A stretch of DNA of 63,142 nucleotides, filler included, from Octopus bimaculoides (taxonomy: Eukaryota), in NCBI RefSeq assembly GCF_001194135.2. It is 6 parts of 6 records of this genome, joined end to end, with 100 filler letters (N's around TTAATTAATTAA, not from the genome) between each part and the next. Parts side by side here need not be neighbours in the genome. Positions count along the whole stretch, not along the records: positions 26,093 to 31,552 come from NC_069005.1; positions 31,653 to 55,083 come from NC_069006.1; 4 more parts are not named here. The stretch is one strand, 5' to 3'. The notes under the pieces are model-generated. The model saw only the letters and a list, made by a program, of their open reading frames with translations. It made no database searches and was not told the origin of the DNA. The position numbers and the translations under genes are program-made. Positions 26,407-37,346 of this stretch are shown here, piece after piece. Every line of letters starts with the position of its first letter. Position 1 is the first letter of the stretch.

Positions 26407-26798
26407 AGATACATACGTATGTATTGGTAATAATGCATTGAAATCGTAGAATCGTTAACACAGTAATTATTCCGGCTTTTTACCTTCTGAGTTCAAATTC
26501 CACCGAGGTCAATTTCCACAGAGTTTCCGTCTAGCAAATTCACTCAGAGATCATTTCTTAACCCAGGTCTCTAAAAAAAAGACATTCATTCAATGCTCCA
26601 AGCAATGGAATTGAACTCGAAACCGCGCTGCTGCAAGGTGAGCTTCTTAACCACGTGACTACATCTGTGCCGTTCTACAACTAGACGTGCCAATGCTTGT
26701 TTATAAGTTGTTCATATGTGTATGGGTGTGTGTTTTACGTGCGTTCATATACGTATGTTACCTATGCGTGTGAATGTGTGTTAAACTATGTGCGCATG

Positions 26799-26885
<87 letters not shown>

Positions 26886-27081
26886 GTGATTATATGTGTT
26901 TATGTTCGTCTTGCCATTAACTTGAACGACAGCGTCCCAAAATAATTTTCCAGACACATACAAATCTGTATTAACGTTATTTCATGGATTAAGATTTGAA
27001 AATAGCTTTACCAAAGTTCCAGAAAAATGATTGTCTTTCTCTTCCCATCCATTGTTCACGTGTTCACCATTATACAAACAT

Positions 27082-27114
<33 letters not shown>

Positions 27115-27702
27115 CACACACACACAAATATGTGTGCATGTATATATATATATATGCATGCATGTATATGTATGTACATATGCATATGTATATATATATA
27201 TATATATATATGTATGAATGTATGTGTGTTTCTATGTATGTATATATGAATGTACATATCCATGTATGCACGTATGTATGTATGTATGTATGTGTATATG
27301 TATGTATGCAGATTTGTATGTTTTGGTTTATGTATGTATGTATGTATGTATGTATTACGTATGTGTTTCGTTTCGTCACCCATCATTTCATTCCAATGTT
27401 TAATTGTTGAAATGTAACGATTTCTCTTCGCCTGTTGTTTACACAAGTCCGATGCGGTTGTAGAAATCCATGTTTTCTCATTCCTCGTGGATTATGCTCT
27501 TCTCTGGCGGAGGACGGTTAGAGATGTGGATTTCCCTTCCAGTTTATATTATTTTACACGCCTCTTCACTATTATCTTTCGTCTGTCTGTTTCAATTCAC
27601 TCTTTTTACAGCGGCGTTGCTAAAGTATGTACCATCCGAAGCAGGCATTGAAGATGTGCCACCTTCGTCGGCATTACAGCTTATACAGGCTTATAGAAAA
27701 AG

Positions 27703-28024
27703 GAGCACTCCGTCGGTTACGACGAGGAGGGTCCTAGCTGATCCGATCAACGGAACAGCTTGCTCGTGAAATTAACGTGCAAGTGACTGGGCAATCCACA
27801 GACACGTGTATCCCTAACGTAGTTCTCAGGGAGATTCAGCGTGACACAGAGTGTAACAAGGCCGGCCATTTGAAATACAGGTACTACTCATTTTTACCAG
27901 CTAAGTGGACTGGAGCAACGTGAAATAAGGTGTCTTGCTCAAGGACACAACGCGTCGCCGGGAGTTGAACTCACGACTTTACGATCGTGAGCCGAGTGCC
28001 CTAACCACTAAGCCACGCGCCTTC
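27703..28024 (-). mobile_element. SINE with family-B 3' module and a different tRNA head and central domain
   Basis: 3' module shared with family B; head and GTGTCCTTGAGCAAGACAC central domain shared with 50980-51218 and 62094-62328. Confidence 0.8.
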
Positions 28025-28134
28025 ACTTATAGAAAAAAGACTCAAATTACATAATTACATACATATACACACACAAATCTCACTCTGCTGACTTTTAAAA
28101 AATAAAGGGAAGTACACATTAGTACGGGTATTGC

Positions 28135-28262
28135 TGTATGGTTAAGATACTCATTTGCAACCACGTCGTTTTGGGTTCAGTCCCACTATGTGACACCAGG
28201 GTCGACTAACGCCTTGTGAGTGAATTTGGTACATGGAAACTAAAAGAAGCCTGTTGTATATG
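28135..28262 (+). mobile_element. SINE family C head
   Basis: GGTTCAGTCCCACTATGTGACACC...GCCTTGTGAGTGAATTTGGTACATGGAAACTAAAAGAAGCCTGTTGTATA. Confidence 0.7.
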
Positions 28263-28569
28263 TCGATATACAGGTTGTTACGTTTCCCTTCTTCGGCACA
28301 AGATAATCACTCGGCTGGTTATTCTGAACCGAAGGAATGAAATAACTCTGAAAGCGCAATCCACACATATTTCTCTGTGGGGATGCTCTGTGGGGATGCT
28401 AAACTCCCCTACCCGAAAATATAAGGACACAGATAGTGTGTCGTATANNNNNNNNNNNNNNNNNNNNNNNNNNNNNNNNNNNNNNNNNNNNNNNNNNNNN
28501 NNNNNNNNNNNNNNNNNNNNNNNNNNNNNNNNNNNNNNNNNNNNNNNNNNNNNNNNNNNNNNNNNNNNN

Positions 28570-28604
<35 letters not shown>

Positions 28605-28607
<3 letters not shown>

Positions 28608-28760
28608 GACGGGTTTCTTTCAGTTTCCGTCTACTAAATCCACTCACAGGGCTTTGGTTGGCCCGATGCTATAGCAGAAGATAATTGCCTAAGGTGTCAC
28701 GCAATGGGACTGAACCCAGAACCATGTGGTCGAGAAGCAAGCTTCTTACCACTCAGCCTA
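28605..28760 (-). mobile_element. SINE family C head with (TA)n
   Basis: Matches 3843-4005 and 43762-43925. Confidence 0.8.
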
Positions 28761-29109
28761 ACCAAAAATTTCGCTCTAATACCATCAGGTAGACATTTTG
28801 TCTCTCCCTCGAAAAGAATCCTACAATGGCCGTTACACAGCATTCGCATCCACCCCGATTGACTGAAACTAACCCCAGTCAAGTAACCCGTTAAACACAC
28901 CACCCTATCAGTTCTTTGACAACATTCTTTGATGCAGATTTTAGTGATAATTAAAACCTAATGAAGCGGAAGTAAAACATTCGTGAGTTGAAAACCGCAA
29001 ATTCACTCAAGCGTGGAGTTCATTGTTCTAAAGAGAGAGTGACGGATATGATTCGGATACTTTGTGATTATCATTATAATCATTATCCATCAATAAATCC
29101 GTCTGTTCG

Positions 29110-29285
29110 TCTGTCTCTCCCGCTCTTCCTCTCCCTCTCTCTATCCCGCTCTCTGTCTATGTATCTATCTATCTGACCTCGCTCCCGCTATCTCACCCGT
29201 TCTCCTACTCACTCTCACTCTCACTCACTCACTTTATCTCTCCCACTCACTCTCCTTCTCACTTCCTCTCTCTATCTCCCCCTTT

Positions 29286-29384
<99 letters not shown>

Positions 29385-29790
29385 TGCCTCTCTTTACCCT
29401 CTTTCTCTTCATCTGTTTCTCACCCTCTCTCTATCTCCCTCTCTCTATCCCCTCTTTCTCTATCTCCTTCTTTCTCTCCCCCTCTCTTTCACTCTCTTTT
29501 CCTCACCCCGTCCTTCTCTGTCTATCCCTCCTCTCCCTCTCTCTCCCGCCCTCCCAATTTCTCTTCTTTTTTACTTACTCTTTTTGTCTCCTTATTTGAC
29601 TTTTATTCGCTCTCCCTTTCTCTCTCTCTCTCTCCCCCCCCTCTCTCTCTCTCTCTCGGCATCTCTCCTTCCCTCTGACTCTCCTCTCTCTCTTTCTCTC
29701 TCTTTAACTATTCCTCCCTCTAACTATCACCCTCTCTCTCTCTCTCCCCCTCCCTCTCTCTCTCTCACTCTTTCTCTCTCTCTCTCACAA
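29110..29790. repeat. About 680-bp polypyrimidine (CT)n-rich tract
   Basis: Directly visible. Confidence 0.95.
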
Positions 29791-30561
29791 GGCTTGCATC
29801 TACATGAAACTATGGTAAAGACACGCGTGCAAGATGCCGCGCAATCAGTTTGAAACTAGGAACTCAAGCTTACAATGTAGTGTTGTTACGAAGCTCGCTG
29901 CGAANNNNNNNNNNNNNNNNNNNNNNNNNNNNNNNNNNNNNNNNNNNNNNNNNNNNNNNNNNNNNNNNNNNNNNNNNNNNNNNNNNNNNNNNNNNNNNNN
30001 NNNNNNNNNNNNNNNNNNNNNNNNNNNNNNNNNNNNNNNNNNNNNNNNNNNNNNNNNNNNNNNNNNNNNNNNNNNNNNNNNNNNNNNNNNNNNNNNNNNN
30101 NNNNNNNNNNNNNNNNNNNNNNNNNNNNNNNNNNNNNNNNNNNNNNNNNNNNNNNNNNNNNNNNNNNNNNNNNNNNNNNNNNNNNNNNNNNNNNNNNNNT
30201 GACATAGCATCGGGTGGGTGCAAGCCTATTGAGTGAAATTGTTTAGAAGGAAACTGCTTGAAAGCCCGTTTGTGGAAGTCGTCGGAAGAGTCCATGTTTA
30301 CTATGGACTTCCGGTAACGAATGAGCAATGATATACAGTAACCGGCCGGAGTTAACTGCAGCATACCAACACATATTTGCTGTAAAAGAAAATAATGATT
30401 CTGGAAGAGTGGGGAGGTGCGTTTTAGAAAATTCACACGAGTTAGCTTTGTTTCCTTCATAACTTTCAGAAAAACGGGTATTTTTAATAAAATTTTCTAC
30501 AAATACGTTTCATTTGATATATCTTCCAACTATATCGGTTCAAGATAATTTAATTGAAAAG

Positions 30562-30750
30562 AAGAATTACATCGTGTAATGTGAAGGCACTTTCAAACAA
30601 CGTTGTGCAAGCCACCTAACTTCTTTCCAACACATCGTCAAAAGTAATACGATTAGAAACGCCACACCACACACAATTAAGTGGAGAATCGTAGAGAAAC
30701 CGAAGCCATATGATAGTGGATCTAAGAAATGCAACTTATGCGTAGGAGAT
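30562..30750 (+). pseudogene. Penelope-like element GIY-YIG endonuclease fragment
   Basis: KNYIV*CEGTFKQRCASHLTSFQH...TIKWRIVEKPKPYDSGSKKCNLCV resembles the PLE pattern YIGxxExTFKxRxxxHxxSF...IKWxIxxxAxPYxxxSKxCNLC; one in-frame stop. Confidence 0.75.
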
Positions 30751-30876
30751 CCAGGATTCCAACATGTTGCTTAATTGCAGATTTGATCTGAAAATTTTAG
30801 CAGGTGCAAACACATGGATAGGCTTCACACACAAACACACTCACACACACACATATATATATTTACTACATTTGTG

Positions 30877-30907
<31 letters not shown>

Positions 30908-31203
30908 TTCCCGTCGACCCTCTCACCGATATTTTTTTCTATTTCAATTCAACCTGAGACTGAAATAACGAGGATCCAATGCATAAAGTTTTCAGGTAGG
31001 CGGTGAAACATTCTTAGCAACAGGTCAACAACACCAACAACGATAACAACAACAACAATAATAATAATAATGATAATAATAATCGCCAGAAGTATTGCAA
31101 TTTGTACTGAAAGAATTAATCGCTGATTTCATAAATTCATGGATAATCACGACATCAGAGTGAGTAACATAAATTGAATTGAGATATTGCATTAATTAAC
31201 AAG

Positions 31204-31235
<32 letters not shown>

Positions 31236-31552
31236 TAATAATAATAATAATAATGCATTAAATTTGCCGGAACATTAAAAACGACACACAGAGTTGAAAG
31301 ATTTCTATTTAACGAGAGTTTTTAATTTTTATCTTAATGAGAAAGCTGATTCGGTTTGGGCTCGGAATTTTCCTGGGGAAGCTCAAAGATGGATGGTAGA
31401 TGAGATAAATTATATAGCAGTTCTTTTGTAAGATTATTTATCCGTAATTCTGGCATATAATTTGGTTCTTGGCTAAATTGAAGGATGGAAAGTATTTTTC
31501 ATATCATCAATAAGTGGCAGAAAACAATGACGTAATTTTTGCGTACGTCATT

Positions 31553-31652
31553 NNNNNNNNNNNNNNNNNNNNNNNNNNNNNNNNNNNNNNNNNNNNTTAA
31601 TTAATTAANNNNNNNNNNNNNNNNNNNNNNNNNNNNNNNNNNNNNNNNNNNN
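31553..31652. other. Artificial scaffold-joining pad
   Basis: 44N-TTAATTAATTAA-44N. Confidence 0.95.
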
Positions 31653-32468
31653 CAATGTATGATCATATTTCCTTTAAGAAAAAAAAAACACAACATTCTT
31701 GTTATGATGTGTTTTTAGGTTAACCGTCTATCCTTCCATCCATGACAAACCAATCTGGATCAAAGCAGCAACTGAGCCAGAAATGTAACGAGGATGGGTT
31801 ACGTCAGGCTTGAACTCACAAACTGGCAGTTCCCAGTCCTTTTATCAAACTCAAAACAGTTCACCACTTGTTTATAAATCAGGGGGTGGTGTGCAGTAGA
31901 GACTCAGGGAGGTGAGTGACCCCTCAACCCTGTCCTTCCGTTCCCCATCATGTGATGAAAGGGGAAGTAGGAGGGAGGTGTTGAGTATTACTTGCTCCCA
32001 AACAGTTGAGTCACACTCCACCATACGTTGTGTTCATATTTGATTTTAATATAAAAATTTAAGGAAGATCATAACATTGATGGATTCGGCTTAGTGTATT
32101 ACTGGTATCATCTATCTTTCACTTGCTTTTGTCATTGGTCCATGGCCATGCTGGGACACCACGTCAGTACTGTTTTCTTTTTTATTTAAATTGTTTCATT
32201 TGTTTTTGTAGACCCAACACCTTAGTAGCCCTACTTTCGATTTCAAAAGAATTGATAAGGATGGAAATTAAGAGAGGGGTGAATATACCAACAGATGGAT
32301 TTGAACCCAGATCCACTAAACACTGGGTAACAGCAAAATAAGACCATAACAAGAGAATGTGAAAAGCCATATGCTGACACCACCCCCCGCCAACTGCCAC
32401 GTCCTCCCCCTTTCCCAGACCTCCACTCTCCCCTAACCCAGTTTTGCATTTTTATGTTACCTGACCCC

Positions 32469-32510
32469 TTAAACAAAGGAATAATGATTTTCTACAGCTC
32501 GTCCATGTGA

Positions 32511-32546
<36 letters not shown>

Positions 32547-33302
32547 TAGTTGTAACAGTTGCTGTTGTTGCTGCTGTTGTTGTTGTTGTTGTTGCTGCTG
32601 TTGGGCTCCCTGGGTCTGCTCGCGGACGACGTTCTCGATCGACTCCGTCCGCGAGCGAACTGACCCACTGACCACTATCACATCCCTGCCGTTTTCGGTC
32701 ATCCCGGCACGGTGGGAGTTCACGTGCCCCATCACCACTCCACCCACCCCGCCTCCCACCACTCCTCCTCCTCCACCACCGCCGACCGACAGCCCCCCCA
32801 CCACAGCACTAGCGACAACCCNNNNNNNNNNNNNNNNNNNNNNNNNNNNNNNNNNNNNNNNNNNNNNNNNNNNNNNNNNNNNNNNNNNNNNNNNNNNNNN
32901 NNNNNNNNNNNNNNNNNNNNNNNNNNNNNNNNNNNNNNNNNNNNNNNNNNNNNNNNNNNNNNNNNNNNNNNNNNNNNNNNNNNNNNNNNNNNNNNNNNNN
33001 NNNNNNNNNNNNNNNNNNNNNNNNNNNNNNNNNNNNNNNNNNNNNNNNNNNNNNNNNNNNNNNNNNNNNNNNNNNNNNNNNNNNNNNNNNNNNNNNNNNN
33101 NNNNNNNNNNNNNNNNNNNNNNNNNNNNNNNNNNNNNNNNNNNNNNNNNNNNNNNNNNNNNNNNNNNNNNNNNNNNNNNNNNNNNNNNNNNNNNNNNNNN
33201 NNNNNNNNNNNNNNNNNNNNNNNNNNNNNNNNNNNNNNNNNNNNNNNNNNNNNNNNNNNNNNNNNNNNNNNNNNNNNNNNNNNNNNNNNNNNNNNNNNNN
33301 NG
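32469..33302 (-). CDS. SH2B: SH2B/Lnk adaptor, last coding exon (32822-33301 is N gap)
   Basis: Visible part ...SGSVRSRTESIENVVREQTQGA-polyQ-SHGRAVENHYSFV* has the SH2B-family terminal RAVxNxYSF motif. A (CT)n-CTTCAG acceptor at 33303-33304 is followed by C, fitting the expected His codon, in the same frame. The 5' boundary is inferred. Confidence 0.85.
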
Positions 33303-33599
33303 CTGAAGGAGAAAGAGAGAGAGAGAGAGACACGACAGAGTTATTCAAATGAAACAACAAAAAACAAAAGTACTAACAAAAAAAAATACTTGAAAAATGT
33401 ATTAAGCCATTAAGGGCCAATCTCTAGATTTAGGGTCACAGCTATAATAATTAATATTTAACCAACTATATTTAGAGATATAATCCTTTTGTTACCATAT
33501 TTCTGTTAAAATAAATTGCCTTTGGAGTAAAGATTGTTTGCCAACATAACATGGCAGTCCTGGTTTAGGATGAATGTTGCTGTAATTTAGCCCTAGGAG

Positions 33600-33876
33600 A
33601 CATCGTCTCCAGCTGGCTATACAACACAATCTATGACCTTATATTTTTCGAATAAGGGAATCTAGCACCCCCACTCAGCTCAAAGCAATAACTGTGTATC
33701 GTGATTTCAGGGTTATTTCTTTTCATCAGCACAGGATAGTTGTTCGGCTGATAAAGGAAAATAACCCGGAAATTGCGGCATACAGATATTGTTTTGAGCT
33801 GAGTGGGGGTGCTAGATTCCCTTGTTCAAAAATATAAGGACATAGATTGTGTCATATAGCCAGCTGGAGACGATGT
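33600..33876. repeat. 277-bp foldback palindrome (~131-bp arms, 16-nt loop)
   Basis: ACATCGTCTCCAGCTGGCTAT...ATAGCCAGCTGGAGACGATGT; the arms are reverse complements with scattered mismatches. Confidence 0.92.
33692..33734 (-). ncRNA. Minimal type-I hammerhead-like motif in the left arm of the palindrome
   Basis: ctgtg CTGATGA aaag aaataa ccct GAAA tcacga TA cacag. Helix I is a perfect 5 bp and the core is intact; helix II has two mismatches. Confidence 0.6.
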
Positions 33877-34430
33877 ACTGTTGCTGAATATCTCTCGTTG
33901 TGAGATTTAAAAATTAGTAAATTGCCTTTGATTCAATTAAATAATGAAGAATTTAGTAAAATGTCTGTCATTCTTAATCTAGTGTCTGGAACATAAATAA
34001 ACAGGAAATTTTGACTGAAGGTTTAAATTCTTAATTTAAGATCACTTTAACTCTTTTGTTACCATATTTCTGTTGAAGTGCACTCCCTTTTATTTCAATT
34101 AATTTTTAACAGAATTAAGAATTTAGTAAAATAACTTGTTATTAAGCTGGTATTTGAAACATGAAATTTTGATGGAAAATTTTAATTTAGATCACTTTAA
34201 GCCTTTTGTTACCATATTTCTGTTGAACTTGTTTCGGCTAATTTTGAAAATAACGTAGAATTCAATAAGATAACTTTAAAATGTTAAGCTGGTGTTTGAA
34301 ACAGAATTTGAAATATTGAAAGTTTTGACTTAAATCCCTTCAAAACAAACTTTGTATAGAATCAGGAACCATGTGAAGCAGTTCAGTATCAAAAATGTTA
34401 ATTTGTCATAAAGATTGAAATGCCTTTTAA

Positions 34431-34639
34431 CCCTTTGACATTCAGATTTCTCCGTCAAATGTAAAGCTTATTTATTCACATTATTTTGAATAAATCCTGC
34501 ATTATCTCATAACTTTGAGAATTCAATGATGTGGTTATTCCTTTTTAGAATGACATTGTAGGGTAGGTGTGAGAGGCCAAATCTGGATGGTCTGAACATA
34601 AAACAAGTAGAATATCTGGGTTGGATATGACTGGGTTAA
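34431..34639. mobile_element. piggyBac-like MITE (TTAA, CCCTTT ends), right end truncated
   Basis: Same family as 34810-35033 and 47579-47798. Confidence 0.75.
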
Positions 34640-34809
34640 ACACATGTTTCTGACATAACCATGAAGCTTAAAATTTTTAAGGCAGAGATATTAGAATTTA
34701 TGATATCCATGTCTTTCCTACATGGCATTAGCAAGATTTAATGATGTGACATGTTGTCAAATGGCAATCAAACCAAAGTTGAAACCCTGATTCTTATTAA
34801 ATCACTTAA

Positions 34810-35033
34810 CCCTTTGACATTCGGATTATTCTGTGTCAAATGTAAAGATTATTTATTCATATTGTTTGGAATTAATCCTGTATTATCTCAAAGCTTTGAC
34901 AATTCAATAATGTGATTGTTTCTTTTTTTAGAATGACATTGTAGGGTAGGTGCAAGAGACCAGATTTGGCCTGTTTCAGCATTAAACAAGTAGAATATTT
35001 TGGCTGGATATGGCCAGTTTAAATGCTAAGGGG
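34810..35033. mobile_element. piggyBac-like MITE, complete
   Basis: TTAA|CCCTTTGACATT...AATGCTAAGGGG|TTAA. Confidence 0.85.
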
Positions 35034-36084
35034 TTAAAAGCTACATCTATATTTTGCCAAATATTGGCAACAACTGTTTCAAATTTTGGTAAAAATGGAA
35101 AAACTCAAGGGACTGGAAAAAAAAACGAAAGTATTAATGGGTTAAAATGGGTTTGGAATGAGAAAGTGTCCCCAGTAGAGCACACTTCATTACGCAGTGA
35201 GCAATCTATTATAATTTCCAACTGAAAGAAGTTTGTTGTGAAGATAAGAAGTTTGACATCCTGGGCAGAACTGTTTATGTAAAAAAAGCAAGGCATGCAT
35301 TGCTGTTTAGAGATATAATCTTTTTGTTACCAACCCAGCTGAAACTGGCTCTGGCTCTGAGTACAAATGTCTTGTTTTCATAAGTTCTGAATTAAAATCT
35401 TCCACCAAACCTTAGTCACAGTTTATGTTCCTAACACTAGCTTAATGATAACTAAGTTATTTTACTAAATTCTTTGTTATTTTAAAAGTAATTGAAAGAA
35501 ACAAAGAGCATCTCAACAGAAATAGGGTAACGAAAGGACTTCCTATTGTGACTGTCACTTTCTTTTGGTTTTTTTGTTTTGTATTTTAGGAGTCTGTAGC
35601 CTTACATGATCCAATGTAGGCACAGGCACTGCTGCTGTGGTGGTTAAGATGTTGAGTGCCAGTGTGACTAGTTGAGTATGAGTGCGACATGGTTACATGA
35701 GTATTGTATGCCGAGTGCGGTTAGGGTTGAGTGAGGGCTGTAATGGATGGGATGGCAGTGCCATGTGATGGTGGTGTTTGTGGAAGGTTAAGTTCAAAAT
35801 GTTGGTATTCTGCATCCAAGTTGTATCCCCCACCGTCCCCATGCGTATGTCGGATGTTTACAGACCGTGTCACTTGGAGGCCATGCAGACAGGGATCCAC
35901 TCCACATGTGTGTGTTGGCAGCAATAACACATGGAATGTATCTGACAGTTATGTATCTGCATGTTATGGTTTAAGGTTCAATCCCACTGCATGGCACTTC
36001 AAGCAAATTGTCTTCTTAGGCCGACAAAAGCCTTCAAAGTGGATTTGGTTGATAAAAACTGAGAGAAGTTCATCAATATATATA

Positions 36085-36384
36085 CAGTAAACCAGGCCAA
36101 ATTAGATTGGAGCCTGGTGTTGCCATCCGGTTTCACCAGTCCTCAGTCAAATCGTCCAACCCATGCTAGCATGGAAAGCGGACGTTAAATGATGATGATG
36201 ATGATGATGATGATGATAAACCCTTGACTATCCAAAACCCGCGAAATAAAAACAGTACTGTACATTTTTTTGTTATTATTTTTATAATTTGCATATATAT
36301 ATTTATTTTATTATAAATGCAAAAGAAACACCACTGAGGAATCAATGTAAGCTTAATAAACCGCGATATAGCGAGGGATTACTG
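36085..36384. mobile_element. Tc1/pogo(Tigger)-like MITE interrupted by an RTE tail
   Basis: TA|CAGTAAACC...GCGAGGGATTACTG|TA; related copy at 43431-44030. Confidence 0.75.
36094..36216 (+). mobile_element. 123-bp RTE 3' end with 6-bp TSD
   Basis: TAAACC at 36088-36093 and 36217-36222; (GAT)n tail. Confidence 0.85.
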
Positions 36385-37346
36385 TATGTATATATGTGTA
36401 TATATGTATATATATATATATATATATTTCAACTCATGCTACCATGGTAAATAGATGTTAAATGAGGGTTAAGAGGTGTGTGTGTGTGTGTGTGGTGGTG
36501 GTGGTGGTGGGGCTAATAGTTAGGATTGCAAGATTGTGAGTTCGAAGCCCAGGCTGGGAGGCATGTCATGTTCTTGAGCAAAACCCTTCATGTTGCATTG
36601 CTCCAAACCCTCCACCTGTAAAGAGGTCACACTGCAACTGACCAGTTTGGTAATCAAGGGGAATATCAGCTTGCTTGCCCCAAGCACCGTTTCAAAGCTG
36701 AAATGACGCAAAGTGCATTGTGACCAGTGATGTATAACAACCTCTGATATTCTGGTCAGTCACGTGATAGGTGTTTGTGTTGCTGTCTCTTTGCCTTGAC
36801 CGCATGGGATAGTTGTAAGCAGATGTCTCGAACACGAAAACACTCTACTTCATTTCCAGTCTTCCCTGGAAACTTGTCTGGTCTTGCAGAAGCATTACCT
36901 TTACTTGGAAACAGGTGAGGGTTGGTGACAAGAAGGGCATCCGGCTGCAGAAAATCTGCCTCAACAAATTTCATCTCTACCCATGAAAGCATGGTAAAGT
37001 GGACATGACTCTGGGTGGCTATGCTACATCGGCTTTAGCTAAGGTATTGTGCAGCCATAGTGTTTTGCTGTTTGTGGNNNNNNNNNNNNNNNNNNNNNNN
37101 NNNNNNNNNNNNNNNNNNNNNNNNNNNNNNNNNNNNNNNNNNNNNNNNNNNNNNNNNNNNNNNNNNNNNNNNNNNNNNNNNNNNNNNNNNNNNNNNNNNN
37201 NNNNNNNNNNNNNNNNNNNNNNNNNNNNNNNNNNNNNNNNNNNNNNNNNNNNNNNNNNNNNNNNNNNNNNNNNNNNNNNNNNNNNCTATCTCCTGTTGAA
37301 TGTAGTGATTATGAAGCGAATATAATGATGCTGAAGTGTATGCAGG

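Larger units (their letters stand above)
33485..34370 (+). repeat. Tandem ~150-bp units of a TTAA-bounded MITE-like repeat (first unit interrupted)
   Basis: Units start CCTTTTGTTACCATATTTCTGTT at 33485, 34051 and 34201; the first two end AGATCACTTTAA. A related inverted copy lies at ~35315-35540. Confidence 0.7.

Noticed and set aside
28965-29005. CTAATGA-a-gcggaag(taaaa)cattcgt-GAG, a possible fifth hammerhead relic
   Set aside because: Both core segments are mutated and helices I and III are absent, so it is too degenerate to support.
35640-35950. GC-richer unique segment with 69- and 119-aa ORFs in an SH2B intron
   Set aside because: No recognisable domain, and no frame fits between the flanking SH2B exons.
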